A stretch of 64,000 bases of DNA from Terriglobales bacterium (GTDB lineage: Bacteria > Acidobacteriota > Terriglobia > Terriglobales > Acidobacteriaceae), in assembly GCA_035314185.1 (NCBI GenBank), contig DATFZT010000205.1, positions 2,820-66,819 on the forward strand, in the 5' to 3' direction. The notes below the pieces were generated by a model. The model saw only the letters and a program-made list of their open reading frames with translations, was not told where the DNA came from and ran no database searches. A program made the translations under genes and the position numbers. The stretch's first letter is position 1. Each line of letters opens with the position of its first letter. This document shows, piece by piece, positions 18,828 to 27,946 of the stretch.

Positions 18828-19421
18828 TCACTCCTTCTTCATCGCGTCAATCATCACATAAAGCTGGTTAGTATCCGTCACTTCGACGTAAGGCTTGGCG
18901 GTACGTTTGTTACTGACTATCCAAATTGTCGGCGTGTGTTCAACGTGCAGACTCATGCCCAACTCTTTGTCCGCCCGCACCAACCCCGCCAGCTTGCCAT
19001 CCGGATCCACCACAAACGGCACCGCAATCTGGTGCTCGGCGGCAAACTTTTCCTCAAATCCCCGCAAATTCTGCGGGTTGATTTCCATCTGGTGCGCGAA
19101 CACAGCTTCGCGGAACGCGTTCCCCACCTCCTTGGAACGCGTGTCGAAGTAGCGCGCCATCACGGCTGCGTCGAACGACCAGTTGTGCAACGGCAACGGG
19201 AAGTCGTGCTGCACCAGCGGAATCTTATAAGTCCGCGATGCCTGCACCAGCAGCGGCGCGACCCGTCCGCATTGCGGACACTGCAGGTCTTCAAAAACAA
19301 CCAGTGCAACCTGCGCGCCCTTCGGCGGACGGAGAGCGTCCGGCACATCCTGCGCAAAAACCGGCAGGCATAGCAAAACCAGGGATACCAAAGCGAGAAG
19401 CGGTAGTCGTTGAATCGTCAT
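18828..19421 (-). CDS. DsbA/thioredoxin-fold thiol:disulfide oxidoreductase, secreted
   Basis: CPQC active-site motif (VVFEDLQCPQCGR). I chose ATG 19421 as start (MTIQRLPLLALVSLVLLCLPVFA signal peptide); the track start is 19478. Confidence 0.75.
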   Translation of the reverse strand: MTIQRLPLLALVSLVLLCLPVFAQDVPDALRPPKGAQVALVVFEDLQCPQCGRVAPLLVQASRTYKIPLVQHDFPLPLHNWSFDAAVMARYFDTRSKEVGNAFREAVFAHQMEINPQNLRGFEEKFAAEHQIAVPFVVDPDGKLAGLVRADKELGMSLHVEHTPTIWIVSNKRTAKPYVEVTDTNQLYVMIDAMKKE

Positions 19422-19491
19422 AGTTTTATTTGGATGCACATCGAATCGAGAATATAAATGGTAGCGAATTTGTCCCATTCACGCACCTGTT

Positions 19492-19540
19492 CGCGTAGGG
19501 ACAGCCGCCCTCGGCTGTCCAAGCCGAGCGCAGCTCGGCA
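19492..19540. repeat. REP-like hairpin element, family A
   Basis: cgcgtagggacagccgccctcggctgtccaagccgagcgcagctcggc, nearly identical to 1971-2020 and 22607-22655. Confidence 0.85.
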
Positions 19541-19609
19541 TCTGTCCGCGGTCGGCGGTCACAGCAACGCTGGATTTGCGATGGACTCTTCGCGCGGGTT
19601 CCCGCAACC

Positions 19610-20746
19610 TCATTTCAATTCGCCGCTACCCGGATCGAGGTTGTAAAAATAATAGAAGCGCAGGCCGAGGAGTTTGCCGGGAAACGCTTTCGGCAGCTCT
19701 GGGAACGGCGTGGATGCGGTGATGCTCCCCCACGCAGCCCGATCGAGGGGCACGTCGCCCGACGAGGTGCGCAGCGTCATGCCGCTCACCGTGCCATCCT
19801 TGAGGATCTCGAATTCAATCGCCAGCTTGCCCTGTTTAAAAATCGGCGGATACACCGACGGCGGCATGATGCTATACCAGTTCTGTTTCACAATTTGTAC
19901 GATCCGAGTCAGATAAGGCCCAAAATCCACGCCCATCGTGTCGGTCAGAATTTCCACCTGATCCAGCGCCTTCGCCCCGCTTCTGCCCGGACTCCCGTAA
20001 TCGCCCGCTTGTCCAGCGCCGCCGTAGTGCCCGCGGCCCTCGGCTACTCCCCGGGTCGCTTGTTCGATCGCCGAGCCCGGCGTCATGCGAGCATTAAAAT
20101 CCGGCATCGGCCGGTTCTGTGGAGGCGTTTGCAATCGCGCCGTCTGATCGCTCGGCGGCGGCTGCGGGAATCCCGAACTTTGCTGCGGATTCTCCTGCGG
20201 CGCTTGCTGGCCCGGTGCCGGTGACTGCTGCGCGCCCTCGCCCGGCCGTCCCGCACGCGCGCTCTGCAGTATCTTCTTCAACTCTTCGCGATTGATCTGC
20301 GGCGCTTTACTGGTCGCGATCCGGTCCTTATCCGATATCACCTTCGCATCAGGACGCCGCGTCAGCTTCTGTTCATCCGGCGGCAACTCCAAAAACGTCG
20401 CGTTCTTCGACTTGTCTGCATTCGAAATCGCCAGATCCACCGCCCGGTGCGGCAGCAGATCCATCAACTTCTCGCTGTTCCACAGCAGAATGACCACGAA
20501 CAAATGCAGGATGACCGACAGCCAAAGCGCTTCTCGCTTCCGCGCCCGCGAGAGATCGTCTTGCAACTGGATCAGAAGATGCGGAACGTCGTCGGGATTG
20601 AAACCGCGGTAAGCCGTCTCCCAGTGTTGCGCTTCAAATAAATCGCGCTGCTCCGGCTGCTCGGACGCCGGAGACGATGACGATGGCTCGCCAGAAGATG
20701 ATGCGCCAGACAAGGGATCGCGCGACGGAATTTGAGTAACCGGCAT
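19610..20746 (-). CDS. TonB-family energy transducer-like protein
   Basis: One N-terminal TM segment (LWLSVILHLFVVILLW) and a Pro/Gln-rich linker (PGQQAPQENPQQSSGFPQPPPSDQ). The C-terminal domain (KLAIEFEILKDGTVSGMTLRTSSGDVPLDRAAWGSI) resembles TonB_C. Confidence 0.7.
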   Translation of the reverse strand: MPVTQIPSRDPLSGASSSGEPSSSSPASEQPEQRDLFEAQHWETAYRGFNPDDVPHLLIQLQDDLSRARKREALWLSVILHLFVVILLWNSEKLMDLLPHRAVDLAISNADKSKNATFLELPPDEQKLTRRPDAKVISDKDRIATSKAPQINREELKKILQSARAGRPGEGAQQSPAPGQQAPQENPQQSSGFPQPPPSDQTARLQTPPQNRPMPDFNARMTPGSAIEQATRGVAEGRGHYGGAGQAGDYGSPGRSGAKALDQVEILTDTMGVDFGPYLTRIVQIVKQNWYSIMPPSVYPPIFKQGKLAIEFEILKDGTVSGMTLRTSSGDVPLDRAAWGSITASTPFPELPKAFPGKLLGLRFYYFYNLDPGSGELK

Positions 20747-21150
20747 CAGGCACAGGCTATACTGCTTAGAGACACGGGCAGACTCCAGGGTTGCGCAACA
20801 TGTTGCGTTATATTACGCGCAAAATTCCTACGTAAAGTTACGTAAACTATGGAGTTGCGACCGCCATTACTATTGTCGCATTTTTTCCGCCAGCCGAGTG
20901 AGTACCTGAGTAATGGCGGGCAACGCCGCGCAAAACCAACCGTCGCCAAGTTGGATCGTATCAGGGCATGCCTTCAGGCATGCCGCAAACAGTCGAGAAC
21001 GAATGCGCCTTTAGGCGCTGTTATCTTGGAATTCTACTGGACAGATAAGTCAGATCACCAATTTGAATCCATCTGCATCAGAGCTTTTTGTTGCTCCTTA
21101 TCGTCCTGCGGTCTCGTTCCAACCGTAAAATGTTCTTGGAGATCTGGCCT

Positions 21151-22596
21151 ATGTTCCACAAAGGAACTCTCGTCCCAGCTGCAATGCTGGGAATCACCCT
21201 GCTCGCCAGTCCCCGCATGATGCTCGCCCAGCGCGGCGGTGGAGGCGGAGGCATGGGCGGTGGGGGCGGCGCTGGCGCTGGCGGCGGACGCAACACCACG
21301 CCCGCCGTCTGCGTGCACAGCTGTTCCGCCCCGAACGGAGGGCTCGACCCAACCGATTATCTCAAGGACTTTCACCGCGCTATGGCCGTGCAGGCAAACG
21401 CCGAGCAGCGCGCAGCCTTCGCCAAAGTCGCGCAGTACACCCAGGCCGCCAGCGATCAACTGCAAGCCTTCCGCGAATCTCTGCAGAAAGTTCCCGCTTC
21501 TTCACCGTCCGATCGCGCAGCCGCTCTGGATCAGGCCATTGAAAAAGCTCGCTCCGGCAACCAGAATTTTCTAGCGTCGCTTTCTCCCGCTCAAAAATCC
21601 GGTTTGGAGGACACCACCAAGAAGCTGGCGAAAGCTGATGCCGAGTTCGACAAACAACTAAAGCTGCTCGATCAAATCGTCCAGACCAAGCCAGCCAGCG
21701 AACAGATTTCCAGTTCCACCGCCGTTCTCGACAAGGCTCTAGCCGGTTTCCAGAACGAGCAACTTGCACTCGGCAGAGAAATGAGCATCCTCTTTGACCC
21801 GGCCCGCCAGGACGTCACCTTCAGCCTTCCCGCGGTGACCAACTCGGTCATCGTCGACGGTCAGCTCGTCTCCATCCTGGCGTCCGGTGCCGTCTCCCGG
21901 ACTTCCGCCGCAACCCCCGCCGCAGTTCCCGCCGAACACGGCCCCAACCTTTTCAATCTCAGGCTGGTCGCTGATCTCTCCGACCTGCAGCTAAACGTTA
22001 CCGGCATTCTCCGCTCTGAACTCACCCGCTCTCCCCGCTGCGGCGAGCGCATTGAGGTTCTACAAGCCACGCTCACCCCGCTCGAGCCTGCCAGCCTGGT
22101 GGTAGTTCGCGTCCACTTCGAGCGCTGGATCTGTCCGCCGGGTCAGCAAAGTCCGATCGAAGTCGCCTCCGGCGAGGGCACCCTCGAAGTAAAGCTCACT
22201 CTATCGGTTGAACCCGCCGCCGCACCCGCAGGCACACCGACGCCGGCAACGACCGAGTCAAGCGGGACCCTGCATCTCGTCTCCGAAATTACCCGCGTCG
22301 ACGCCAGCGGTTTCGTCCGCGACTCGCTCCGCTCCGGAGACCTGGGCGCCAATCTGCGCGACCAAATCGCCGCCTCGCTTCTCTCCGCCCTGCGAATGGG
22401 TACAGATCCCAAAGCCACTCTCCCACCCGCCGCCCAGAAGTCCGCCACCCTCCAGAAAGCAAGATTCCAGGATGACGGTGCCGATCAATTGAGTTTGGTC
22501 CTCGACGGTCAGCTACAGCTCTCCGATGAGCAGACCCAACAATTCGCCGCCCAGCTAAAGCAACGCCTGTCCGCGCAAGGAACATCCCCGCAATAG
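21151..22596 (+). CDS. Hypothetical secreted protein with Gly-rich N-terminus
   Basis: I chose ATG 21151 (MFHKGTLVPAAMLGITLLASP signal peptide). A GGGGGGMGGGGGAGAGGG tract follows, then helical repeats with LSPAQK-type motifs. No family assignment. Confidence 0.5.
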   Translation: MFHKGTLVPAAMLGITLLASPRMMLAQRGGGGGGMGGGGGAGAGGGRNTTPAVCVHSCSAPNGGLDPTDYLKDFHRAMAVQANAEQRAAFAKVAQYTQAASDQLQAFRESLQKVPASSPSDRAAALDQAIEKARSGNQNFLASLSPAQKSGLEDTTKKLAKADAEFDKQLKLLDQIVQTKPASEQISSSTAVLDKALAGFQNEQLALGREMSILFDPARQDVTFSLPAVTNSVIVDGQLVSILASGAVSRTSAATPAAVPAEHGPNLFNLRLVADLSDLQLNVTGILRSELTRSPRCGERIEVLQATLTPLEPASLVVVRVHFERWICPPGQQSPIEVASGEGTLEVKLTLSVEPAAAPAGTPTPATTESSGTLHLVSEITRVDASGFVRDSLRSGDLGANLRDQIAASLLSALRMGTDPKATLPPAAQKSATLQKARFQDDGADQLSLVLDGQLQLSDEQTQQFAAQLKQRLSAQGTSPQ

Positions 22597-22606
22597 AACA
22601 CGTGTT

Positions 22607-22655
22607 CGCCTAGGGACGGCCGCCCCCGGCCGTCCAAGCCGAGCGCAGCTCGGCC
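22607..22655. repeat. REP-like hairpin element, family A
   Basis: cgcctagggacggccgcccccggccgtccaagccgagcgcagctcggc, 3' of the 21151-22596 gene. Confidence 0.8.
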
Positions 22656-22721
22656 CCTGCCTCCAGCCCCAGCATCGTCACGACTTGAGCCGGCTGCGCA
22701 AAACCCGATGTCGCATTTGAT

Positions 22722-22760
22722 CTTGGGTGGCGCAGCGCTTGAGCGCTGCGGTGACTCAGC
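22722..22760. repeat. REP-like hairpin element, family D variant
   Basis: tcttgggtggcgcagcgcttgagcgctgcggtga; compare gattttgggtggcgcagcggttcaccgctgcggtaa at 30741-30777. Confidence 0.65.
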
Positions 22761-22937
22761 CGCTGAGCTCACACTTTCTGCTCGGGAACCGGCCCTTCCC
22801 GCAGCCCGCCGCAGTCCTCAGTCCCACGCTTCGTAAAGTTATGCAAAGATTTGTCTGAGTCCTGTTCCCCGCACAACTTTCCACTCATAATTCCGTTCAT
22901 AGCTGTAGACAGCTCGTTTCAAAAAAGGAGATCCCCA

Positions 22938-23408
22938 ATGCTCAAGCAGTGTCTTCTCATTCTTCTCGCGGCTAGCCTCATCGCCATCGCCGTGCCCTTC
23001 GCCACGGCACAATCATCCGGACAATCATCGAACGACGGCCCGCCCGCCAGTCAGCAACCCGCGCAGGCCAACGGTGGCTGGCACCACGGCCCACCCGACC
23101 CCGCCGAGCGTACCCGGCAACTGACCAAACATCTCAACCTTACCTCCGATCAGCAAACCAAAGTGCAGGACATCCTTCAATCCGAGCATTCCCAGATGGA
23201 AACCCTGCACCAGGACAATTCTCTTTCCCAGCCGGATCGCCACTCCAAAATGATGGACATCCGCAAGACCAGCGACACGCAGATCCGCGCGCTTCTCGAT
23301 TCAACCCAGCAAAAGAAGTGGGACGAAATGCAGGCCAAGCGTGAGCAATGGGGACACAACGGTCACGGCGACGCCGGCGACCACCAGGGTCCACCACCCC
23401 AGCAATAA
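22938..23408 (+). CDS. Spy/CpxP-like periplasmic protein (LTXXQ motifs)
   Basis: ATG 22938 follows AAGGAG. Signal peptide MLKQCLLILLAASLIAIAVPFATA, then LTSDQQTKVQDIL and LLDSTQQKKWDEM (LTXXQ-type repeats). Confidence 0.6.
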   Translation: MLKQCLLILLAASLIAIAVPFATAQSSGQSSNDGPPASQQPAQANGGWHHGPPDPAERTRQLTKHLNLTSDQQTKVQDILQSEHSQMETLHQDNSLSQPDRHSKMMDIRKTSDTQIRALLDSTQQKKWDEMQAKREQWGHNGHGDAGDHQGPPPQQ

Positions 23409-23425
23409 ACGAGGTGTGAGGCCAG

Positions 23426-23479
23426 AGAGGTTAGATTGCAGAGGCTAAAACCGGCCAAAACCTCTGCAATCTAACCTCT
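23426..23479. terminator. Bidirectional hairpin between convergent genes
   Basis: Perfect 19-bp stem agaggttagattgcagagg (23426-23444) / cctctgcaatctaacctct (23461-23479) with a 16-nt loop. It lies between the 22938-23408 (+) and 23491-24537 (-) genes. Confidence 0.6.
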
Positions 23480-23490
23480 GACCTCTGCAA

Positions 23491-24537
23491 TTACCCCACC
23501 CCGATCCGTCCCGCGTGCCCCGCAATCTCCTCGAGAATCGCCAGCCCCAACTCCAGCGCACGCATTCCATCCTTCAGCGAAACCACCGGACGCGACCGCT
23601 CCCGCACCGCCTGCAAAAATGCGGTGATCTCCGCCAGCAGCGGCTCCTCCGCTGTGATCGCAGGCTTAGACATCGAGATCTGCGGATTCACGCTAGGCCG
23701 GGTGCCCCACTCATTCGCGTCCTTTGCGAATGAGTGGGCGTCTGGTGCGAATAAGGTGTCGCCAGCACTGCCGACCGAGAATACCAGCACATCCTGCCGT
23801 CCATAATCGATCGAAATATATTGCCCCGGCTGAAAAAAGCGCAGCTTGCGCACGCGCTCCGTCGAAACCCGGCTGGCCGTAAAGTTGGCCACGCAGCCCG
23901 ATTCGAATTCGACGCGCACATTCGCGATATCCACCTTGTCCGATAGAATCGGTAGCCCCACCGCCCGGATTTCCTTCACCCCCGACTTCACAAACGTCAG
24001 CACCACATCGAGGTCGTGGATCATCAGGTCCAGCACCACGTCCACGTCGAGCGCGCGCGGAGAGAACACACTCAGCCGGTGCACTTCAAAAAACATCGGC
24101 CGGTTGATCAACGGCAGCGTAGCCCGCACCGCCGGATTGAAGCGCTCCAGATGCCCGACCTGCGCCACCCGCTTGTTCTCCAGCGCCACGCGCAGCAGTT
24201 CGTCGGCCTCCGAAAGCGTCGCCGCCACCGGCTTTTCGATGAGCACGTCAACCCCGGCTTCCATCAGGGTGCGCGCCACCTCCACATGCAGAACCGTGGG
24301 CACCGCGACCGACGCCGCCTGCACCTCGCTGTGCGTAGTCAGCATCTGCTCGACCGAGCCAAACGCTTTGCAGTCAAACTCACGAGCAATCGCGTCCGCC
24401 CGCGCCGTATCCGGATCGACCACCCCCACCAGTCGCACGCTGCCCGCCTGCTGCAGTTGCCGATAGACACGCGCATGATTGCGCCCAAAGGCGCCCACGC
24501 CGATCACCGCAACATTAATCGGAAATTCCGTGCTCAG
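23491..24537 (-). CDS. Gfo/Idh/MocA family NAD(P)-dependent oxidoreductase (possibly GnnA-like, lipid A cluster)
   Basis: Rossmann N-terminus INVAVIGVGAFGRNHARVY and EKP motif (DVLIEKPVA). Strand beta-1 lies upstream of the first canonical start (GTG 24507). I propose CTG 24537, 7 nt after GGAG (24548-24545 on the minus strand). Confidence 0.8.
   Translation of the reverse strand: MSTEFPINVAVIGVGAFGRNHARVYRQLQQAGSVRLVGVVDPDTARADAIAREFDCKAFGSVEQMLTTHSEVQAASVAVPTVLHVEVARTLMEAGVDVLIEKPVAATLSEADELLRVALENKRVAQVGHLERFNPAVRATLPLINRPMFFEVHRLSVFSPRALDVDVVLDLMIHDLDVVLTFVKSGVKEIRAVGLPILSDKVDIANVRVEFESGCVANFTASRVSTERVRKLRFFQPGQYISIDYGRQDVLVFSVGSAGDTLFAPDAHSFAKDANEWGTRPSVNPQISMSKPAITAEEPLLAEITAFLQAVRERSRPVVSLKDGMRALELGLAILEEIAGHAGRIGVG
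23701..23742. repeat. REP-like hairpin element, family F, inside a CDS
   Basis: ggtgccccactcattcgcgtcctttgcgaatgagtgggcgtc has the stem ccactcattcgc/gcgaatgagtgg. It is the reverse complement of the copy at 53519-53558. Confidence 0.8.
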
Positions 24538-24651
24538 ATGAGTGCTCCAGAGCGAAGCAGCAACGCGCTATTGTCGCAGTTAAGTCCCCAGATAGGAAAG
24601 CGCAAAACCAAGAACCACGTAGCGACGGCCGCCCTCGGCCGTCCCGCCCCT

Positions 24652-25116
24652 TCATGCCTTCTTCAGCAGCGCGATCTGCCCCGCGTGATAAAGCTCGTGC
24701 TGAACCACGCCATGCAGCATGTAGTAGAAAGTGTAGTGTGCTCCCTCTTTGCCCGGGACCATCTCATCAAGCCGCGAATCGGGAAGACCAGCAACCGCCG
24801 CAACCAGTTCCTCATGCACGCGCCGCACCCGATCCAGCGCCGAGCGCCATGCCGCCTCGCCAGCATCCTTAATCGGAGGAAAATTTTCAGCATCGGAGAG
24901 CTCCACCGCGACCCCGCCCAACCGCCGCAGCACCGCGCCATCCCAAGCCGCAATATGCAGCACCAATTCCCAGATCGAGTGCGTCCCTGCGATCGGACGA
25001 GCCGCCGCCCGCGCTGCCGTGACCCCTTTCACAATCTCAAACAGAGAGTCGCCATGCCAGGCGTCCCCATCAAACGCGCGGCGAAGCTGGTCGGAAATAC
25101 GAGATGCTTCAGACAT
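24652..25116 (-). CDS. DinB/YfiT-like metal-dependent hydrolase family protein
   Basis: DGDAWHGDSLFEIV...HSIWELVLHIAAWD...YHAGQIALLKK, the DinB_2-type four-helix pattern with conserved His residues. Confidence 0.8.
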   Translation of the reverse strand: MSEASRISDQLRRAFDGDAWHGDSLFEIVKGVTAARAAARPIAGTHSIWELVLHIAAWDGAVLRRLGGVAVELSDAENFPPIKDAGEAAWRSALDRVRRVHEELVAAVAGLPDSRLDEMVPGKEGAHYTFYYMLHGVVQHELYHAGQIALLKKA

Positions 25117-25187
25117 ACATGTAGGTATCCTCGTGATCCTTCGAGCGATTTGCTGTTACGCTTTGCCAGCCGAACGCCTGCTCCCAA

Positions 25188-26048
25188 TCACTCCGCCCAA
25201 ACCGCAATCCCCGCCGCATCCGCCGCGCGGATAATCGCCTCGCCATCCAGCAACAAACATCGCCCCGCGTCCACCGCCACACAACTCGCCCCCGCGCGCG
25301 CCATCGTCTCGATCGTCTTCACCCCAATCACCGGGACGTCAAAACGCATATCCTGCCCCGGCTTCGCAACCTTCACCACCGTCAATGCGCGGCTCAGGGT
25401 CGAAGCCTCACCCGCTGACTTCGAATCTAGATCCAAAGACCGCATCAGCGCTCCCGCCCGCTCAATCGTCGCATCCGTACCTTCCATCGCTTCGACCGCC
25501 ACGCAAGCCGCTTCCGCAATCACCACCGTTTGTCCAATGTCGTACTCCGCCAGCCGCCGCCCGACCGCGCGCCCGTATTCGATATTCTTGCGTTCCTCCG
25601 CGCTAGGAGCCCGCTTCGTGAGCACACCCGTTTTCGCCAGCAAAGGTTCGAGCAGCGCCGTCGAGTTCTCCAGCATGATGCCCTCATCCGCCAGAACCTT
25701 AGCCACCGCGCCCAGCAGCGAATCCGTATTCCGAGTGCCCAGTGCGAGCAGCAGCTTAGCCAGCCGCCAGTCCGGCTTGATGGCGGAAAAAATCTGCTTG
25801 TGCTTCACCTGCCCCGCCATAACGGCGCGAGTCACGCCCGCAGCTTTAAAAGTGTCGATAAGCTTTGAGAGGTCGCCCAGAGAAAGCCAGTGAACGGAAG
25901 TCCCGCCTTTCGCCTCAAGCTCGGGGAAAGCTTCTTCCTTGATGGCGGCGACAACAACGTCGTAACCCAGCGCCCGCGCCGCGTCCAGCACAAGAAAAGG
26001 AAACTTCCCATTGCCCGCAATCAGGCCGAGTTTCTCTCCACTGCCCAC
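25188..26048 (-). CDS. lpxI: UDP-2,3-diacylglucosamine pyrophosphatase LpxI (DUF1009)
   Basis: KLGLIAGNGKFPFLVLDAARALGYDVVVAAI ... FDVPVIGVKTIETMARAGASCVAVDAG. GTG start overlaps the lpxA stop by 1 nt. Confidence 0.75.
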   Translation of the reverse strand: MGSGEKLGLIAGNGKFPFLVLDAARALGYDVVVAAIKEEAFPELEAKGGTSVHWLSLGDLSKLIDTFKAAGVTRAVMAGQVKHKQIFSAIKPDWRLAKLLLALGTRNTDSLLGAVAKVLADEGIMLENSTALLEPLLAKTGVLTKRAPSAEERKNIEYGRAVGRRLAEYDIGQTVVIAEAACVAVEAMEGTDATIERAGALMRSLDLDSKSAGEASTLSRALTVVKVAKPGQDMRFDVPVIGVKTIETMARAGASCVAVDAGRCLLLDGEAIIRAADAAGIAVWAE

Positions 26049-26845
26049 TACTTAATCACTCCGCGTTCCGACGCCTCAATGAATCCGATAAGCATCGCAA
26101 CATCTTCCCCAACATCGGCCTCGGATTTCAGCTTCTCGATCGCCTGCGAAGTGTTCAGCTTCGAAGCCAGCAGCACCTTATACGCGTGATGAATTTTCCG
26201 AATCCGTTCTTTCGTGAATCCCCTCCGCTCCAGCCCCACGGCATTTAATCCATAAGCCCGAGTCCCGCGCTCAGCGGAAGTCTTCGAAAACGGCAGCACA
26301 TCCCGCGTGACGGTCGTTCCCCCACCAATAAATGCATGCGTCCCGATCCGCACAAAATGATGCACCGGACACAGCGCTCCCACCGTCGCCCAGTCTCCCA
26401 CCGTAACGTGCCCGCCCAGCGTAGCCGCGTTCGCCATGATGATGTGACTCCCAACCTGGCAATCATGGGCAATATGCGTATACGCCATGATCAGGTTGTG
26501 GTCGCCGACTCGCGTGCATCCCCCACCCTTCACCGTGCCGCGATTGATGGTGACATACTCGCGGATCAGGTTATGGTCGCCGATCTCCAGCCGCGTTGGT
26601 TCGCCCGCATAACTGATATCCTGCGGCGCCATGCCAACTGAAGTAAAAGGGAAGAAGCGGTTGTCGGCCCCAATTTTCGTTGGCCCATCGATCGTGACAT
26701 GCGAAGCCAGATGGCACCCCTCGCCCAGTTCCACCTCCGCCCCGATCACGCAATAAGGCCCAATCTTGCACGACGCATGTATCTTGCTTTTCGGATCAAT
26801 GATCGCCGTAGGATGGATCGCCGTGGGATGAACGGACTTCGTCAA
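26048..26845 (-). CDS. lpxA: Acyl-ACP--UDP-N-acetylglucosamine O-acyltransferase
   Basis: Left-handed beta-helix hexapeptide repeats (IHPTAIIDPKSKIHASCKIGPYCVIG...) and a C-terminal helical domain (RRGFTKERIRKIHHAYKVL). Confidence 0.9.
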   Translation of the reverse strand: MTKSVHPTAIHPTAIIDPKSKIHASCKIGPYCVIGAEVELGEGCHLASHVTIDGPTKIGADNRFFPFTSVGMAPQDISYAGEPTRLEIGDHNLIREYVTINRGTVKGGGCTRVGDHNLIMAYTHIAHDCQVGSHIIMANAATLGGHVTVGDWATVGALCPVHHFVRIGTHAFIGGGTTVTRDVLPFSKTSAERGTRAYGLNAVGLERRGFTKERIRKIHHAYKVLLASKLNTSQAIEKLKSEADVGEDVAMLIGFIEASERGVIK

Positions 26846-26858
26846 ATGGCCCTTCCCG

Positions 26859-26934
26859 TGTCATCCTGAGCGCAGCCGGGCCAAGCGCGATGCGATTGGC
26901 TCGGCGGAGTCGAAGGACTCCTATTCATTCCTAA
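26859..26934. repeat. REP-like element, family E
   Basis: gtcatcctgagcgcagccgggccaagcgcgatgcgattggctcggcggagtcgaaggactcctat is about 90% identical to 32229-32295. Sits in the fabZ-lpxA spacer. Confidence 0.85.
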
Positions 26935-26991
26935 TCTTTCGCGCTGCCGCAGGGAGTTCTTACGATGGACCATGACTTTGGGGATGCAAAC

Positions 26992-27510
26992 CTACCCTTC
27001 CTCGCCTCCAACCTCCGCCGTCCCCACACTCCGCGGCACCAGCCGGCAAGTCACCGTAGCCTCGGCCGCCACCTTGCCGTCCACATACGCCTTGCCTTCC
27101 AACCGAGCCGCCGTCATCCGCCAAGCCTTCACCACCACTTCAATCCGCAGCTGATCTCCCGGCACCACCGGACGCCGGAATCGCGCCTTCTCGATCCCCG
27201 TAAACACCATCAGCATCTCGTCCCGGTTCGGAATCTCCGTCAGCAGCAGCAGCCCGCCCGCCTGCGCAATCGCCTCCACAATCAGTACCCCCGGCATGAT
27301 CGGCTTCTCCGGAAAGTGACCCTGAAAAAAAGGCTCGGTGATGGTCACATTTTTCAACGCGACTATGCTTTTCATCCGCACCAGTTCAATCACCCGGTCG
27401 ATCAACAGAAATGGATAGCGATGCGGCAGGATCTTAAGAATGTCGCCGATATCCATCCCCGTCTTTACCGGCTCTGGTTCCTGAGTCGTAGTGTGTGTGG
27501 TCTCAGTCAT
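26992..27510 (-). CDS. fabZ: 3-hydroxyacyl-ACP dehydratase
   Basis: ILPHRYPFLLIDRV...HFPEKPIMPGVLIVEAIAQAGG, the canonical FabZ hot-dog motifs. Confidence 0.95.
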   Translation of the reverse strand: MTETTHTTTQEPEPVKTGMDIGDILKILPHRYPFLLIDRVIELVRMKSIVALKNVTITEPFFQGHFPEKPIMPGVLIVEAIAQAGGLLLLTEIPNRDEMLMVFTGIEKARFRRPVVPGDQLRIEVVVKAWRMTAARLEGKAYVDGKVAAEATVTCRLVPRSVGTAEVGGEEG

Positions 27511-27724
27511 GCTGTTTCGTTCAAGGCGAAGATTATACTGTAGCGCACGTCGCGATGAGATTGGTCCCGAAACAAAAAGGATCCTCTGGACGGCAGTCCC
27601 GCCGAGAACATTAGCGACAAAAGAAACACTGTTTTAGTTGTAAGGGTTGGAGTCATCTCCAACCCCGCCGAACTCTATACCGAACTAGCCGCAGTCCCCG
27701 AGCAAATGGAGCGACCGTGCACGT

Positions 27725-27830
27725 ACGTACGAATCACCGTGTACGAATCACCGTGGAAGAGCGGCCCTTCAGGGCCGCGTTCGCCCAGTAAAATCAGCGC
27801 GGGCTTTAGCCCCTGTGGTCGCTCCGCCGC
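27725..27830. repeat. Composite REP-like elements, families G and H
   Basis: gtacgaatcaccgt x2, then ccgtggaagagcggcccttcagggccgcgt (stem gcggccc/gggccgc with loop ttca; reverse copy at 35646-35690), then gcgggctttagcccctg (also at 17438-17455 and 30250-30270). Confidence 0.8.
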
Positions 27831-27946
27831 CAGGGATACTCCCTACCGTGCCCGTCCTCCGATGCCCCCCGACTATCCTCACCCCGCCGAACCGCCGATG
27901 ATCACTCCAGGAGCACTGCAATCAATCATCCCCGGAGCCGATATCC

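Noticed and set aside
24016-25893. 625-aa + strand ORF
   Set aside because: It is antisense to the oxidoreductase, DinB and lpxI, with low-complexity Arg/Ser/Pro composition.
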